Source of the DNA: Octopus bimaculoides
Lineage: Eukaryota
Assembly (NCBI RefSeq): GCF_001194135.2
Contig: NC_068992.1
Span: forward strand, 52,146,226-52,210,225
Reading direction: 5' to 3'
DNA length: 64,000 nucleotides
The notes beneath the pieces are model-generated. The model worked only from the letters and a program-made list of their open reading frames with translations, was not told the origin of the DNA and ran no database searches. Position 1 is the stretch's first letter; every line of letters starts with the position of its first letter. The position numbers were made by a program, and so were the translations under genes. Shown in pieces: positions 37,701 through 48,468 of this stretch.

Positions 37701-38139
37701 GTCTTGTGCCTCACTACATATGCATACACTCTCTTATTATCTCCTTCATAACACAGTTTTACTTTGTCACTTCACTCATAGTGTTTTCCTATTCAACCTC
37801 ATTATCAAGAATCAACATGTAAATTTCTACCCCCAAAAAATACCAGACAAACCACCCACACCCAGATATGTCTTTGTAAGCAATAACTCTCTGCTCGAAT
37901 GAGCTATGGTACCCAAGAGCTGACAGCGTATCGCTTCCAGATGGTGCTATTAAATTAGACATGGCCTGGGCCAACTTTAGCCAAAACGTATCTAAGTAAT
38001 CTAATCTAAGAATGAACAAACCAGACATGGTCTCCAATCTGGCTAGGAAGGCAGTTACTACAAATAAAAACTGACATGACTTTGAAGTTTCATCAAACAC
38101 ACTCCTTCATGGAAAAGCAGATATGTGACAAAGATGGCG

Positions 38140-38335
38140 TCAGCAATAAAAATGATCACAATGATGATGATAACAATAACGATGATGGTGATTATAATGA
38201 TAGCAATAATGTTGATGACATTGGTAAGATTTATGATGACACAAATGACAATAATGATGATGATGGTTATGATGGTGATGATGATCATGATCATGATGAT
38301 AATGATGATAACAACAAAGATGATGATGGTGATTG
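38140..38335. repeat. (GAT/AAT)n low-complexity tract
   Basis: Directly visible. Confidence 0.9.
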
Positions 38336-38477
38336 TATAAATTTTATTTCCCTGTCAGTTTATCCCTAAAGTACGGAGAATGTTATGCTGAAACAACATA
38401 ACATGCAGTTTGCTAAGAAACGCACAAACAACAAGTGGAAGAAATTCTGCTGCAGTCTTCTGATCAAGGAAAAACTC

Positions 38478-38943
38478 NNNNNNNNNNNNNNNNNNNNNNN
38501 NNNNNNNNNNNNNNNNNNNNNNNNNNNNNNNNNNNNNNNNNNNNNNNNNNNNNNNNNNNNNNNNNNNNNNNNNNNNNNNNNNNNNNNNNNNNNNNNNNNN
38601 NNNNNNNNNNNNNNNNNNNNNNNNNNNNNNNNNNNNNNNNNNNNNNNNNNNNNNNNNNNNNNNNNNNNNNNNNNNNNNNNNNNNNNNNNNNNNNNNNNNN
38701 NNNNNNNNNNNNNNNNNNNNNNNNNNNNNNNNNNNNNNNNNNNNNNNNNNNNNNNNNNNNNNNNNNNNNNNNNNNNNNNNNNNNNNNNNNNNNNNNNNNN
38801 NNNNNNNNNNNNNNNNNNNNNNNNNNNNNNNNNNNNNNNNNNNNNNNNNNNNNNNNNNNNNNNNNNNNNNNNNNNNNNNNNNNNNNNNNNNNNNNNNNNN
38901 NNNNNNNNNNNNNNNNNNNNNNNNNNNNNNNNNNNNNNNNNNN
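38478..38943. other. Assembly gap (others: 11118-11127, 16043-16108, 20698-20850, 21502-21706, 34916-35073, 50998-51438)
   Basis: N runs. This is the only gap not bordered by a dinucleotide microsatellite on its left side. Confidence 1.
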
Positions 38944-39707
38944 TATGCGTGAGCACAAAAAGACATATATATCTATAAAGATATAAATATATATATATAT
39001 ATATGTCTGTGTGTACACAAGCATAATTCTTATACTTGGTTTCAGATTTAGATTTTAATTTTTTTTACTTTACTCTGTGCCTACATTTTTCTAAATCTAT
39101 TTCTATTTAAATTATTTTTATCAGAATTTACATGGCGAACTAATTTTTGTACTAAGAGAACTTTTTACTATTTTTTATAGATTTATACATACATACATAT
39201 ATATATTGCCAAAAGGATTTTGATGAACATTTCTTGTCTAAACAAGCATTTTTCTATCATATATTTTTAAATGTTATCAAATCCATGATTGGATAAGATA
39301 GCTATATCCTGTGGATGATGTTTGCTTCACTTGCTTTGTCTTAACTATTTTATTTTGTTTACATATCTTTGCACTTCATATTCATTTGGCTTCAACAGAG
39401 GCAATCTGCTATAGAAGGTGGAATCACAGAAGTATAAAAACTAAATTAAAATTATACAAACATTGAGTACACTTTCTTTGACTTTCTACGTATTGCTTAC
39501 ACTAAAATTATTGATTTCTCTCCTCTTTGTGTTTCTGTTTTGTTATTTGCTTCTATTTTTTTTTTTTTTTGTTTCAATCGCAAATTATTTTCAAAAATAA
39601 TTTTGTTTGACATTTTTGTATTTTATGTTATACATGTCAGAAATTATATCAAAGTTTTAGGTTTGACACTCATATACTGTAACTTAATTTAATTTCTGTA
39701 ACTTCAG

Positions 39708-39781
39708 GACTTGTTGGAAGATGAGAAATATAACTTACTACTAAGAAAATATTTGCTGCTTAATATTGATGATAATCTAGA
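39708..39781 (+). CDS. Candidate exon (74 nt, phase 0-2)
   Basis: aatttctgtaacttcAG...GA|GTAAAT. Only one frame is open: DLLEDEKYNLLLRKYLLLNIDDNL. Confidence 0.3.
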
Positions 39782-40121
39782 GTAAATTAGAGTCATTGGT
39801 TACACTGGATAGTTTTCTTTTTTTACCTGGAACAAATAAGATATAAAGAAACACCAAGAAATTTATATGGCTTCCTTACTATTATGTCATTTAATCAAAA
39901 CCAGTTATACTACATGGAATAATAATATGCATTATAAACCTGCGTATGGCATTTCTCAGTTAGCCGTTGCCATCATCATCACCATTGTAATCACTGTCAC
40001 CATTGTATTTTTTGCTTGTTGTTTGCGGCATCTTCATCATTTCTGTCATCGTCATCGTCATCCTCATCATCATTATCATCAACTTGGTTGTCATCATCAT
40101 CATTATTACCATTGTCATCAG

Positions 40122-40335
40122 GGTGGCGAGGTGGCAGAATCATTAGCACTCTAGTCAAAATTCTTAGCAGTACTTCATCTTTCTTTCTTTTGTAAGTTCA
40201 AAATCTGCCAAGGTGAACTTAGCTTTTCACCATTTCAGACTCAATAAAATAAGCAACAATTGAGTTCTGCCGTCAATGTAATCGACTTAGCCCCTTCTCG
40301 AAATTCCTGGCTGTTTGCCAAAATTCGAAAAAATA
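40122..40335 (+). mobile_element. SINE family B
   Basis: ggtggcgaggtggcagaatcattagc...gttcaaaatc...taatcgacttagcccc. Confidence 0.8.
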
Positions 40336-40354
40336 TATTGCCTTTGTCATTATC

Positions 40355-40560
40355 ACCATCATCTTTTAACATCCATTTTCCATATTAGCACGGGTTGGGT
40401 TGTTGAACTGGATCCAATCAGTCCAACAAATGCCTTGTGCTCCTATGTCTGCCAAGTTATGGTTCCTACAGCTGGATGCCTTTCCTAATTCCTACCACTT
40501 TGTAAAGAGAAATGGGTGTTTTTACATGGCACCAGCACTAGTGCAGTTATCATGAAGCTT
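40355..40560 (-). mobile_element. Element E, inverted
   Basis: catcttttaacatccattttccatattagcacggg...ctacagctggatgcctttcctaa...tttttacatggcaccagcac. Confidence 0.7.
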
Positions 40561-40721
40561 GTAAGACTAAACATACCTGAATGGGACTCCTTCAAAGGGA
40601 CAGACAGCTTTACATGAGGAGATGAGAATAAAAGCTTGAAAGAAGGGCCCATGCATAACAGAGCCGGATTTTTGTTCTGTTGATTAGCTACATGCTACTC
40701 ATGTAATAGAGGCAAGAGAGT

Positions 40722-40894
40722 GAGATTAACTGCAGTAGAGCTGAAAGAAGAGATTAACTGCAATAGAGCTGAAATAAGAGATTAACTGCAGTAGAGCTGA
40801 AATAAGAGATTAACTGCAGTAGAGCTGAAATAAGAGATTAACTGCAGTAGAGCTGAAAGAAGAGATTAACTGCAGTAGAGCTGAAAGAAGAGAT
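40722..40894. repeat. 28-bp minisatellite, 6 copies plus partial
   Basis: Unit GAGATTAACTGCAGTAGAGCTGAAA(G/T)AA starts at 40722, 40750, 40778, 40806, 40834 and 40862. No spacers. Confidence 0.97.
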
Positions 40895-41704
40895 AAAATA
40901 GCAATGATGAGGCTTCAGGGGGAACTCTCAACTTATAAACTGAGTAGAAGTGAGAGGGGACAAAAGAACAATTAATATATAATGGTTGGAGATGAGGAAT
41001 GGGTGAGAGGATGAGGGTGGGAGTGTGTGTTAGGAAAAAGAAAGGAAATATATCTATAATTTACAGCATTTAAAAAAGTGATACCATGTGTGCCTTAAAT
41101 GCACCACCTCCATCAACTCCTCTTTGTAAAGTTGGCTTCAGGCACCAACCAGACAGTGTGGAGTCCTCAAATTTTTTTCTAAGATCAGCTCAAGGCCACT
41201 CTCCTCCACTGCTCTGTTGAGACAATCGCCATGGGAGACAATCGCCATGGACTGCCCAAAGAGGTAGCATGTCGTTGTCAAAGGAATGGACCAGATGGAA
41301 AATAACAGACGTCAAGAGCCAGAGATGAGATGTCAAAATACATTAAGAGCAACTCACATTTCCTCATCCCCCGTTAACCCACCCCTGTGATAAATGCACT
41401 CACCTCTTCTATACTGCTCTTGACCCGGACAGCCACCTCAGGCACTAGTACCCTTCGTTCTCATCAGGATGAAGATGCACAATCACTTGCTACAGATTAA
41501 CTACTCGGATATGAGTTAATGCTGCTACCGACTGTTCTGTTTAGTTTGTGTTTTGTCATAAAAAATGGTTTAATTTTATTTAAAGTGTAGAGTAATGATA
41601 ACAATTTGGATACCATATTTAGATTCTAGTATTAAATATATCTTTATATCCATGTCAACAACTGAAAATTAATCTTTTACATAATTTCTGTCATTTCTTG
41701 ACAG

Positions 41705-41791
41705 CTAAAGAAGAAAAGAATGAGAATTTACTCCAAAGAAAAAGTGAATAAGGAGAAAATGATGAGGAATTAGAGTTGAAGCAAAGAATGG
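41705..41791 (+). other. Well-signalled 87-nt exon candidate with stops in all three frames
   Basis: Acceptor atttctgtcatttcttgacAG, donor G|GTAAGT, GAA-rich. Phase-1 frame KEEKNENLLQRKSE*GENDEELELKQRM has one TAA. Confidence 0.4.
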
Positions 41792-42184
41792 GTAAGTTGG
41801 AACAATTTATAATTTCATAACTCAGAAAATTTTCATTGAATTATATTGCTTGTTACTAACAATAGTCTTGGTTTTAAGATGATTCTTGGAGACAGACATG
41901 ATTATAATATCAAAATAAACAAATAAAATGTTAAAATGCAGTTCACATATTGCTTATAAAGACATCTGAAGAATAAGATTACCAAAAGTACTCTTTCCTT
42001 AAATTTATGTCCATTGTTTATGGAATCGACAAAAATTTGCTTTCCATCAGAAACACACACACGCACCCATGCACACACACACATGCACACACACAATATA
42101 TATATATAAAAACCTAATTCAAGTGTCTTTAGTTATCAGTAAACAACAGCTTGCCAAAAGTTTTATAATTTCATCCAGCTTTAA

Positions 42185-42530
42185 GGTAGCAAGCTGGCAG
42201 AATCATTAGCACTGTGGACAAAGTCCTTAGCAGCATTTCATCCATCTTCAAGTTCTGAGTTCAAATTCCACTGCAGATCAAGTTTACCATTTAACCTTTG
42301 TTGTGTCGACACCCCCAGGCAAAGAAGTAGGATCTCCCAAGACATATAAATAGAGGTAGTTTGGCCGTGGCAGGTGTGCTGAGTAGCAGTCAAGTAGCAG
42401 TTGTGTAGCGGTTGAGTAGAGATCATCCAAAGGTTCTGGATAGCAGTAGCTTGAGACATAACACCTTTTGAGGTCAATGAAATAAGCACCAGTTAAGCAC
42501 TGGGAGTGTTGTAATTAACTAGTCCTCTCC
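42185..42530 (+). mobile_element. SINE family B interrupted by a solo LTR
   Basis: Removing 42299-42467 restores the family B sequence (ttaaccttttgaggtcaatgaaataagcaccag). Confidence 0.8.
42299..42463 (+). mobile_element. Solo LTR (165 bp), Ty3/Gypsy-like
   Basis: TGTTGTGTC...GACATAACA termini (TG...CA, 8/9 inverted repeat). 4-bp TSD CCTT (42295-42298, 42464-42467). TATAAATA at 42345-42352. Confidence 0.8.
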
Positions 42531-42947
42531 TCCACTTTCAGGTATATACTTCTAGTACAAAGGGTCATTTTATCCTGGTTCTCTCCAAAGTTGGTAAAAT
42601 AGAATACTAGACATCTACTGGGATCGATGGCATTGCCATCCCTTCCTTCAAAATTGCTGACGTTCTGCCTTAATCTTTACATTCTAAGTTCAAATTCAAC
42701 CAGGGTCAACTTTGTCTTTTATCCCCCTGGCATTCAATAAAAAAAAAGTGCCAGTCAAGTACTGGGTTTGAGGATATTGACTAATAGCCTCGTCTCAATA
42801 TTGCTTGCCTTGTGCTTAAATTAGAAACCATTATTTTATCCAGCTCAAGAAACCAATCAACAGATAGAGTAATCACAATTTGTTCTCCCAATGTACTTCA
42901 ATTAATTAGGCTTTACTGTATCACAATATCTGCTTAATATATAATGT

Positions 42948-43152
42948 AGCAAGCTGGCAGAAGTGTTACCATGCTGGGTGAAATGCTTAGTGGTATTTCG
43001 TCTGTTCTTAGTTCAAATTCCACTTAGGCCAGCTTTGCCTTTTTTCCTTTCAAGGTCATTAAATTAAGTACCAGTTATACACTGGGGTCGATCTAATCGA
43101 CTGGTCCCACTCCCCAAAATTTCAGGCCTTATGCCTAGAGTAAAAAAGAATC
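42948..43152 (+). mobile_element. SINE family B
   Basis: agcaagctggcagaag...gttcaaattc...aagtaccagttatacactggggtcgatctaatcgactgg...cctagagtaaaaaagaat. Confidence 0.9.
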
Positions 43153-43445
43153 ATCATCATCGTCGTTTAACGTTCGCTTTCTATGCTAGCATGGGTTGGA
43201 CGATTTGACTGAGGACTGGTGAACCAGATGGCTACACCAGGCTCCAATCTGATTTGGCAGATTTTCTACAGCTGGATGCCCTTCCTAATACCAACCACTC
43301 TGAGAGTGTAGTGGATGCTTTTACGTGCCACTGGCACGGAGACCAGTCAGGCGGTACTGGCAACGGCTACGCTCAAAATGGTGTATTTTACGTACCACCT
43401 GCACAAGGGCCAGTCCTGAGGTACTGGCAACGAACTCGCTCGAAT
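43153..43445 (-). mobile_element. Element E ((GAT)n-tailed retroposon), inverted
   Basis: catcatcatcgtcgtttaacgttcgctttctatgctagcatgggttggacg...gctggatgcccttcctaataccaacc...actggcaacg. Reverse-complement homolog of 60855-61335. Confidence 0.85.
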
Positions 43446-43624
43446 GTCATCTGCATAATATATGCTGGTATTCTGTTTTGTTTGTTTAGTATATTATTGC
43501 TATTGCTAAGTCAAATAAAACAATTTTCTAATTCCATTTCATTTCCCTGTTTGTTTCTGCTACTTTCCATTTTATCTTAGCTTAATATTACAACACTTAG
43601 CTTTATCCAGTTATATTCACATTA

Positions 43625-43830
43625 TATTGGTTTCAAAATTTTTGCAACAAGGTCAGTAATTTGTGGGTAGGAGCAAAGTTGATTACACTGACCCCATTGT
43701 TCAACTGATATTTATTTTATTGACCCCCAAAAGGAAGAAAGGTAAAGTTGATCTTAGCAGAATTTTAACTCAGAACGTAAAGGTTTACAAAATGTTATTA
43801 AGCATTTTGTCCAGCCTGCTAATGTTTCTG
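43625..43830 (-). mobile_element. SINE family B, diverged, inverted
   Basis: Reverse complement of family B: gcaacaagg...gaattttaactcagaacgtaaag...aagcattttgtccagcctgctaatgtttctg. Confidence 0.7.
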
Positions 43831-43976
43831 TCAGCCATATTGAAACATGAAACAATGATATTTTTGCTAAACTTTATCTAAAGCTAGTCACTACAGTCTG
43901 TTTGGATACTACGTTTTAAGACTGACTCTAAATTATTTCATTGTAGTTGAATGGACAAGCTATATTTGAAGACAGT

Positions 43977-44362
43977 GGAGGCGCAATGGCCCAGTGGTTA
44001 GACCAGCGGACTCGCGGTCATAGGATCGCAGTTACGATTCCCAGACCGAGCGTTGTGAGTGTTTATTGGGCGAAAACACCTAAAGCTCCACGAGGCTCCA
44101 GCAGGGGATGGTGGTGAACCCTGCTGTACTCTTTCACCACAACTTTCTCTCACTCTTACTTCCTGTTTCTGTTGTGCCTGTAATTCAAAGAGCCAGCTTT
44201 GTCACAGTGTGTCATGCTGAATATCCCAGAGAACTACGTTAAGGGTACACGTGTCTGTGGAGTGCTCAGCCACTTGTACATTAATTTCATGAGCAGGCTG
44301 TTCTGTTGATCGGATCAACTGGAACCCTCGACGTCGTAAGCGATGCAGTGCCCACAACAACA
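43977..44362 (+). mobile_element. SINE family C, full length
   Basis: GGAGGCGCAATGGCCCAGTGG (A box), GTTACGATTCCC (B box), (CAA)n-like tail. Probable TSD atttgaaga on both sides. Confidence 0.92.
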
Positions 44363-46574
44363 TTTGAAGAGAGATTTTATTAAACTAATGATTAAACCTG
44401 TACATATTCAATGCTTACATCACCATTATTTTAGCATCTATTATATTAGAATATATTTCGTGGGTCGTTAATTTTGAATGTAACTACCCCTCCTGTATCC
44501 TAATCTCTGGTTATATATCCTCATATATATACCGTTCTATATTCTTAAGTATCTCCTCTTATCAACATTCATTTATATCACAAGTTCATTCCAGTACATA
44601 TTTTTCTCTCTAGCAAGCAAGTATGCAAGAATCATGACATGATACTTCAATGATCAATCCCTTTTTCAATTGAAATCTGTCATTTATTTTAAGTCAGATC
44701 AGGGATCTCATCACAGGCTGATGAGACTTGCTACTGCTACTATGTAAACCAGTACTGCGTGTTCATTGGTTGAGTGGTCAGTGACTAAACTGGCTCCCCC
44801 ACTTGAGTAGCTTGCTCCCCTTGTGAGAAGTGTATCCTGACTCTCAGCAGGACTAAAAGCAAAATCTGTCAAAGGACGGACCAATAAACAGCCAGTTAGA
44901 GAAGGTAATGTCAGATCATCCCAATATCTTTCTGAAGATAACACTATGAGAAAATCAAAACTAAGTAATGCTATGGCTTCAACCAATGGGAGGACATTAT
45001 GCTTAACCAGAAAGGCTTCAATGGTAGTTTCATCAACATGTTGAATTATTTGTATGAGACATTACAATGACAGCCATCGTTTATTACAAATTAACAACAT
45101 ATATTCTAAATATTTTTTCTAAAGAGTCTGATATTATATAAGGTGATAGAAAAATGGAGTTAGATTTAAGAGGTTATAAAATGTTCACCTTCTCTTTGAC
45201 TCTCCATCATATGCATTAACCACATCACCTCTTTTTATACTGGAAATACTCTATTGCTGTCAGTATACATCAAAAACAACCAGTATTAAGAAATTTGTTA
45301 GAATTACTACGAACAATTTTGGTATATTCTGGTCCAGTTCATTAGAAAAACCATCATCTAAAATATTTCTACTGATTTATTTATCCATATATTTAAGTCG
45401 TTTAGATTTTACCAGTATAATTTGTTTCTGGCAATATTTGTCATCAAACTTCAATGACAGACATGTCAGTTGGTAACAAGGTAAACATCTTGCAAACAAA
45501 AATTTATGAGTAAAATTGAAGTAACTGTAAAACATAATATTCAATTTCTTTGCATACTTATGTATACAGATAAATTGAAGACATATTTGACAACTGAGCA
45601 AAAATTTAACAACTCATCATATTTATCTCATTTGTTTTAAGCAATTGACATTCAGAATATTTCAGAAATTTGAACTAGATTTCTCGTTAGAGAATAGCTA
45701 TAATGACAACTTTCTGTTATTAAGCATTATTAGGTATACAAAGTCACATTTTTATTATCTGTTTCTTAGTAGAGACTCCAATGCACTAAATGTCATGCCA
45801 TCTGAAGTAATATCTTAAGTCTTTTTTTAGTACACAATAGCCCATTCAGATAGGAACTGTAATTGCTTGGTTAGATGTATTCAGGTGTTGGTTATTTGTC
45901 AAGTATTGTCCCTGGGCAATTTCAATTTCTTTCACAATAATGTTGAATTAAGCAGCAACATTAGAGACAAAACTTAAAAAGTGTCTCAATGTTATGTGAT
46001 ATGCATTCAGTTTTTGTAGGGGTTGGCAGTGGCTCTAGGGACAAACCTTAAGTGTCTTGAGAACTTGATAACGACATCATTTGGACAGTATTAATGAAAT
46101 ATTTTCCTTTATTGTGAAAATCATGTAGTGCTCATAGCAGCACTGGAAAAAATAAAATTTCAGCTTTTGGAGACAATACAAATATAAACAGCCTGATTTT
46201 ACTCAAAGATGTAAATTTCACATGTCCTACATTAAAGAGTTAAATATATTTACTGTATGACTATTTAAAAAATGCTTAATGTAAAAAAAAATATATCAGG
46301 ATTATAATGTAAGCCATATACTGAATATTTATAATGGATTTTGGTTGCAATTCTAATATTATTAAAATATGTTAGAGAAGATAGGAAGCAAATTAGCATC
46401 TTAAAAACAGAATGAAACACAGTATTAACAGAAAAAAAACACTTTTTCATAATGTTCTTTAGTGTTAATCTCAGAGCTGAATCTGTTCTTAAAAAAGTTG
46501 CCTACATCTTTGTATGTTCTCTCTATTTTTTTTAATGATTTAAATTCTTCCTTTCAAGAAGGAGGTGATTTCTA

Positions 46575-46745
46575 AAAAGTCTCTGAAATGAGGTAATTTG
46601 CGAATGAACTAGAAACAACAATGTGATCACTGAATAGCATAAGCACAATTTCCGCTGGGATGGACATGTCACACAGTTCACAGACAAAGGTGGACTTGTG
46701 CGATTTCTAAGTGGCATCCAAGAGATTGGAAAAGGCCAGTGCATT
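46575..46745 (+). mobile_element. RTE LINE C-terminal remnant
   Basis: RNEVICE*TRNNNVITE*HKHNFRWDGHVTQFTD, a frameshift, then RWTCAISKWHPRDWKRP. Matches RWAGHV...D.RWT....W.PR..KRP. Confidence 0.7.
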
Positions 46746-46983
46746 ATGAGTGGAGGCATGTGACTTAGTAGTTTTCCAAAAGGAGACTGATATAATAAGT
46801 ATAAGACTTTATATAAAGAACTTAGTACTGGATTTTATTTGTTTGACTAAATCCTTCAAAGTTGTGCCCCAGCATGGCCATATCGTAATCAATAAATTAA
46901 CCGAGTACCACAGAGATTAAGAATTTCTTAAAAGGTTAATGAAAAAAAATTAAATGAGAAATTTTCTTATCAAGGAGAAAGTA

Positions 46984-48468
46984 CTGGGTGATGCATAAAA
47001 AACTGTCCAGTTTTCCATAGCATAGTGTAAATGCAGAAATAAATTTACATGTGCTGGAAAGGACCCCCCATCCAATGTAGAAGATTTTGAAAATGGCATC
47101 AATACACAGGTGTGCACATTTAACCATGCTTGAATACACCTGGTGTAAAATAGTGACATCAATGGCAGTGGCCACTTGCATGATATTGCATTTCAGTTCT
47201 TTTATTATGAGCAAGTTTTTTTCATACACCATGCTTTTCAAGTGTCTCCATAGTGTTAACTGTCACCAGAGTGTCAGGTGTCAAGTGTCACCAGTGTGTC
47301 AAGTGTCAAGTGTCACCAGCGTGTCAAGTGTCACCAGCGTGTCAAGTGTCACCAGCATGTCAAGTGTCAAGTGTCAAGTGTCATCATACATTGTAAAGTC
47401 AGGAGAATGTGGTGGCCACAAATTTTTGCTAACTGTGCATTCCTCGGAGAACGCCATGGACTCCCTGCACAGACTCCAGAGAATTGTGGCAAGTCACTGT
47501 CTTGCTGGAAGAAACACACCTTTCTTCTTCTGTGTGTCGAGCACAAAATTGGTCCAAAATATTCATGTAGACCTCTGTGTTGTCAATACTGTCCAAAAGT
47601 AACAGTCAAATGGTGCATGTTCCTGAAACAGTCCACCAAACACTGATTTTTTTTTTTATTGTGGAGTGGCAACTCATACACAAGGTGAGGATTCGATTCT
47701 CCACTGTCCAGTACAAAGTGTTTTGTGAATTTACGTGGCCAGAGAGATGAAACTATGCCTCATCACTCATTATGTACTGGAATGGATATAGCTCACAATT
47801 AGCAATGCTATTCAGAAGCCATGTGCATTAATTTACTCATTTGCTCTTGTCATACACTTTTAATTGCTGTACACATGTGAAATGATGTGGCTTCAACATT
47901 AAACTTTTCATCACCCAATGACAAGATCTGCTTATGTGAGACTGCTGAGCCATTTTACATGTTGACTTCTTTGGACTTCAAGTAATTCTTTGGTGTATGC
48001 CTGAATACCTGCTGGCATTCAAAGTGTAGGATCTATTTCTCTGGAGGTATTGTGCACTGACCTCATAGTGCACCACGTTTTAACCAACATTTGTATTGTT
48101 GTCTTTGTCAGTAAACTTTCATGCAGAAAAATTACTTCAAACATTTCACACGTTTGCTTAACAGAACCCAGTCTCTCATTTGCTTCCACAATCTCCACTC
48201 TTTCCACTACTGAATGTGTTATCTGGCACAGAAGCTAGAAATGTTCACTCAATCACTCAATGCAATCTTACATTCAACTAATGTGGTGAAGATGCAGAGA
48301 CGATAATGCAGCAAACAGTTTGATAGTGCACCATCTTTGTTCAGTGATTACAAATGGTCAAAATAATACAATGACACTTGCAAATGAAAGGTTGGGTGCT
48401 TTGTCGAATTTATTTCGGTATTTACATTATGCTACAGTACCCACGCTACTTTTTCATGTGCCACCCTG
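46984..48468 (-). mobile_element. Tc1/mariner-superfamily DNA transposon, near full length, decayed
   Basis: TA-flanked imperfect TIRs (CTGGGTGATGCATAAAAAA vs CAGGGTGGCACATGAAAAA, 14/19). Minus-strand transposase blocks ERVEIVEA...TIQMLVKTW, SDEA*FHLSGHVNSQN, FQQD, SKNLWPPHSPD, LKSMVY...ELK and CIDA. The third catalytic residue appears to be D (DD..D type). Confidence 0.9.
47261..47382. repeat. AGTGTCA-based minisatellite (7-mer and 18-mer GTGTCAAGTGTCACCAGC units) inside the mariner
   Basis: Directly visible. The same AAGTGTC occurs in the adjacent transposase codons at 47240-47246. Confidence 0.9.

Noticed and set aside
40722-40894. CRISPR-like array (28-bp repeat)
   Set aside because: Units are contiguous with no spacers, the context is eukaryotic, and there are no cas genes.
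41450-41470. Minus-strand CTGATGAGAACGAAG as a hammerhead core
   Set aside because: GAAG replaces GAAA and there is no usable stem II.
44900-44935. RYWDD as a reverse-transcriptase YxDD motif
   Set aside because: No upstream RT motifs are present at the expected spacing.
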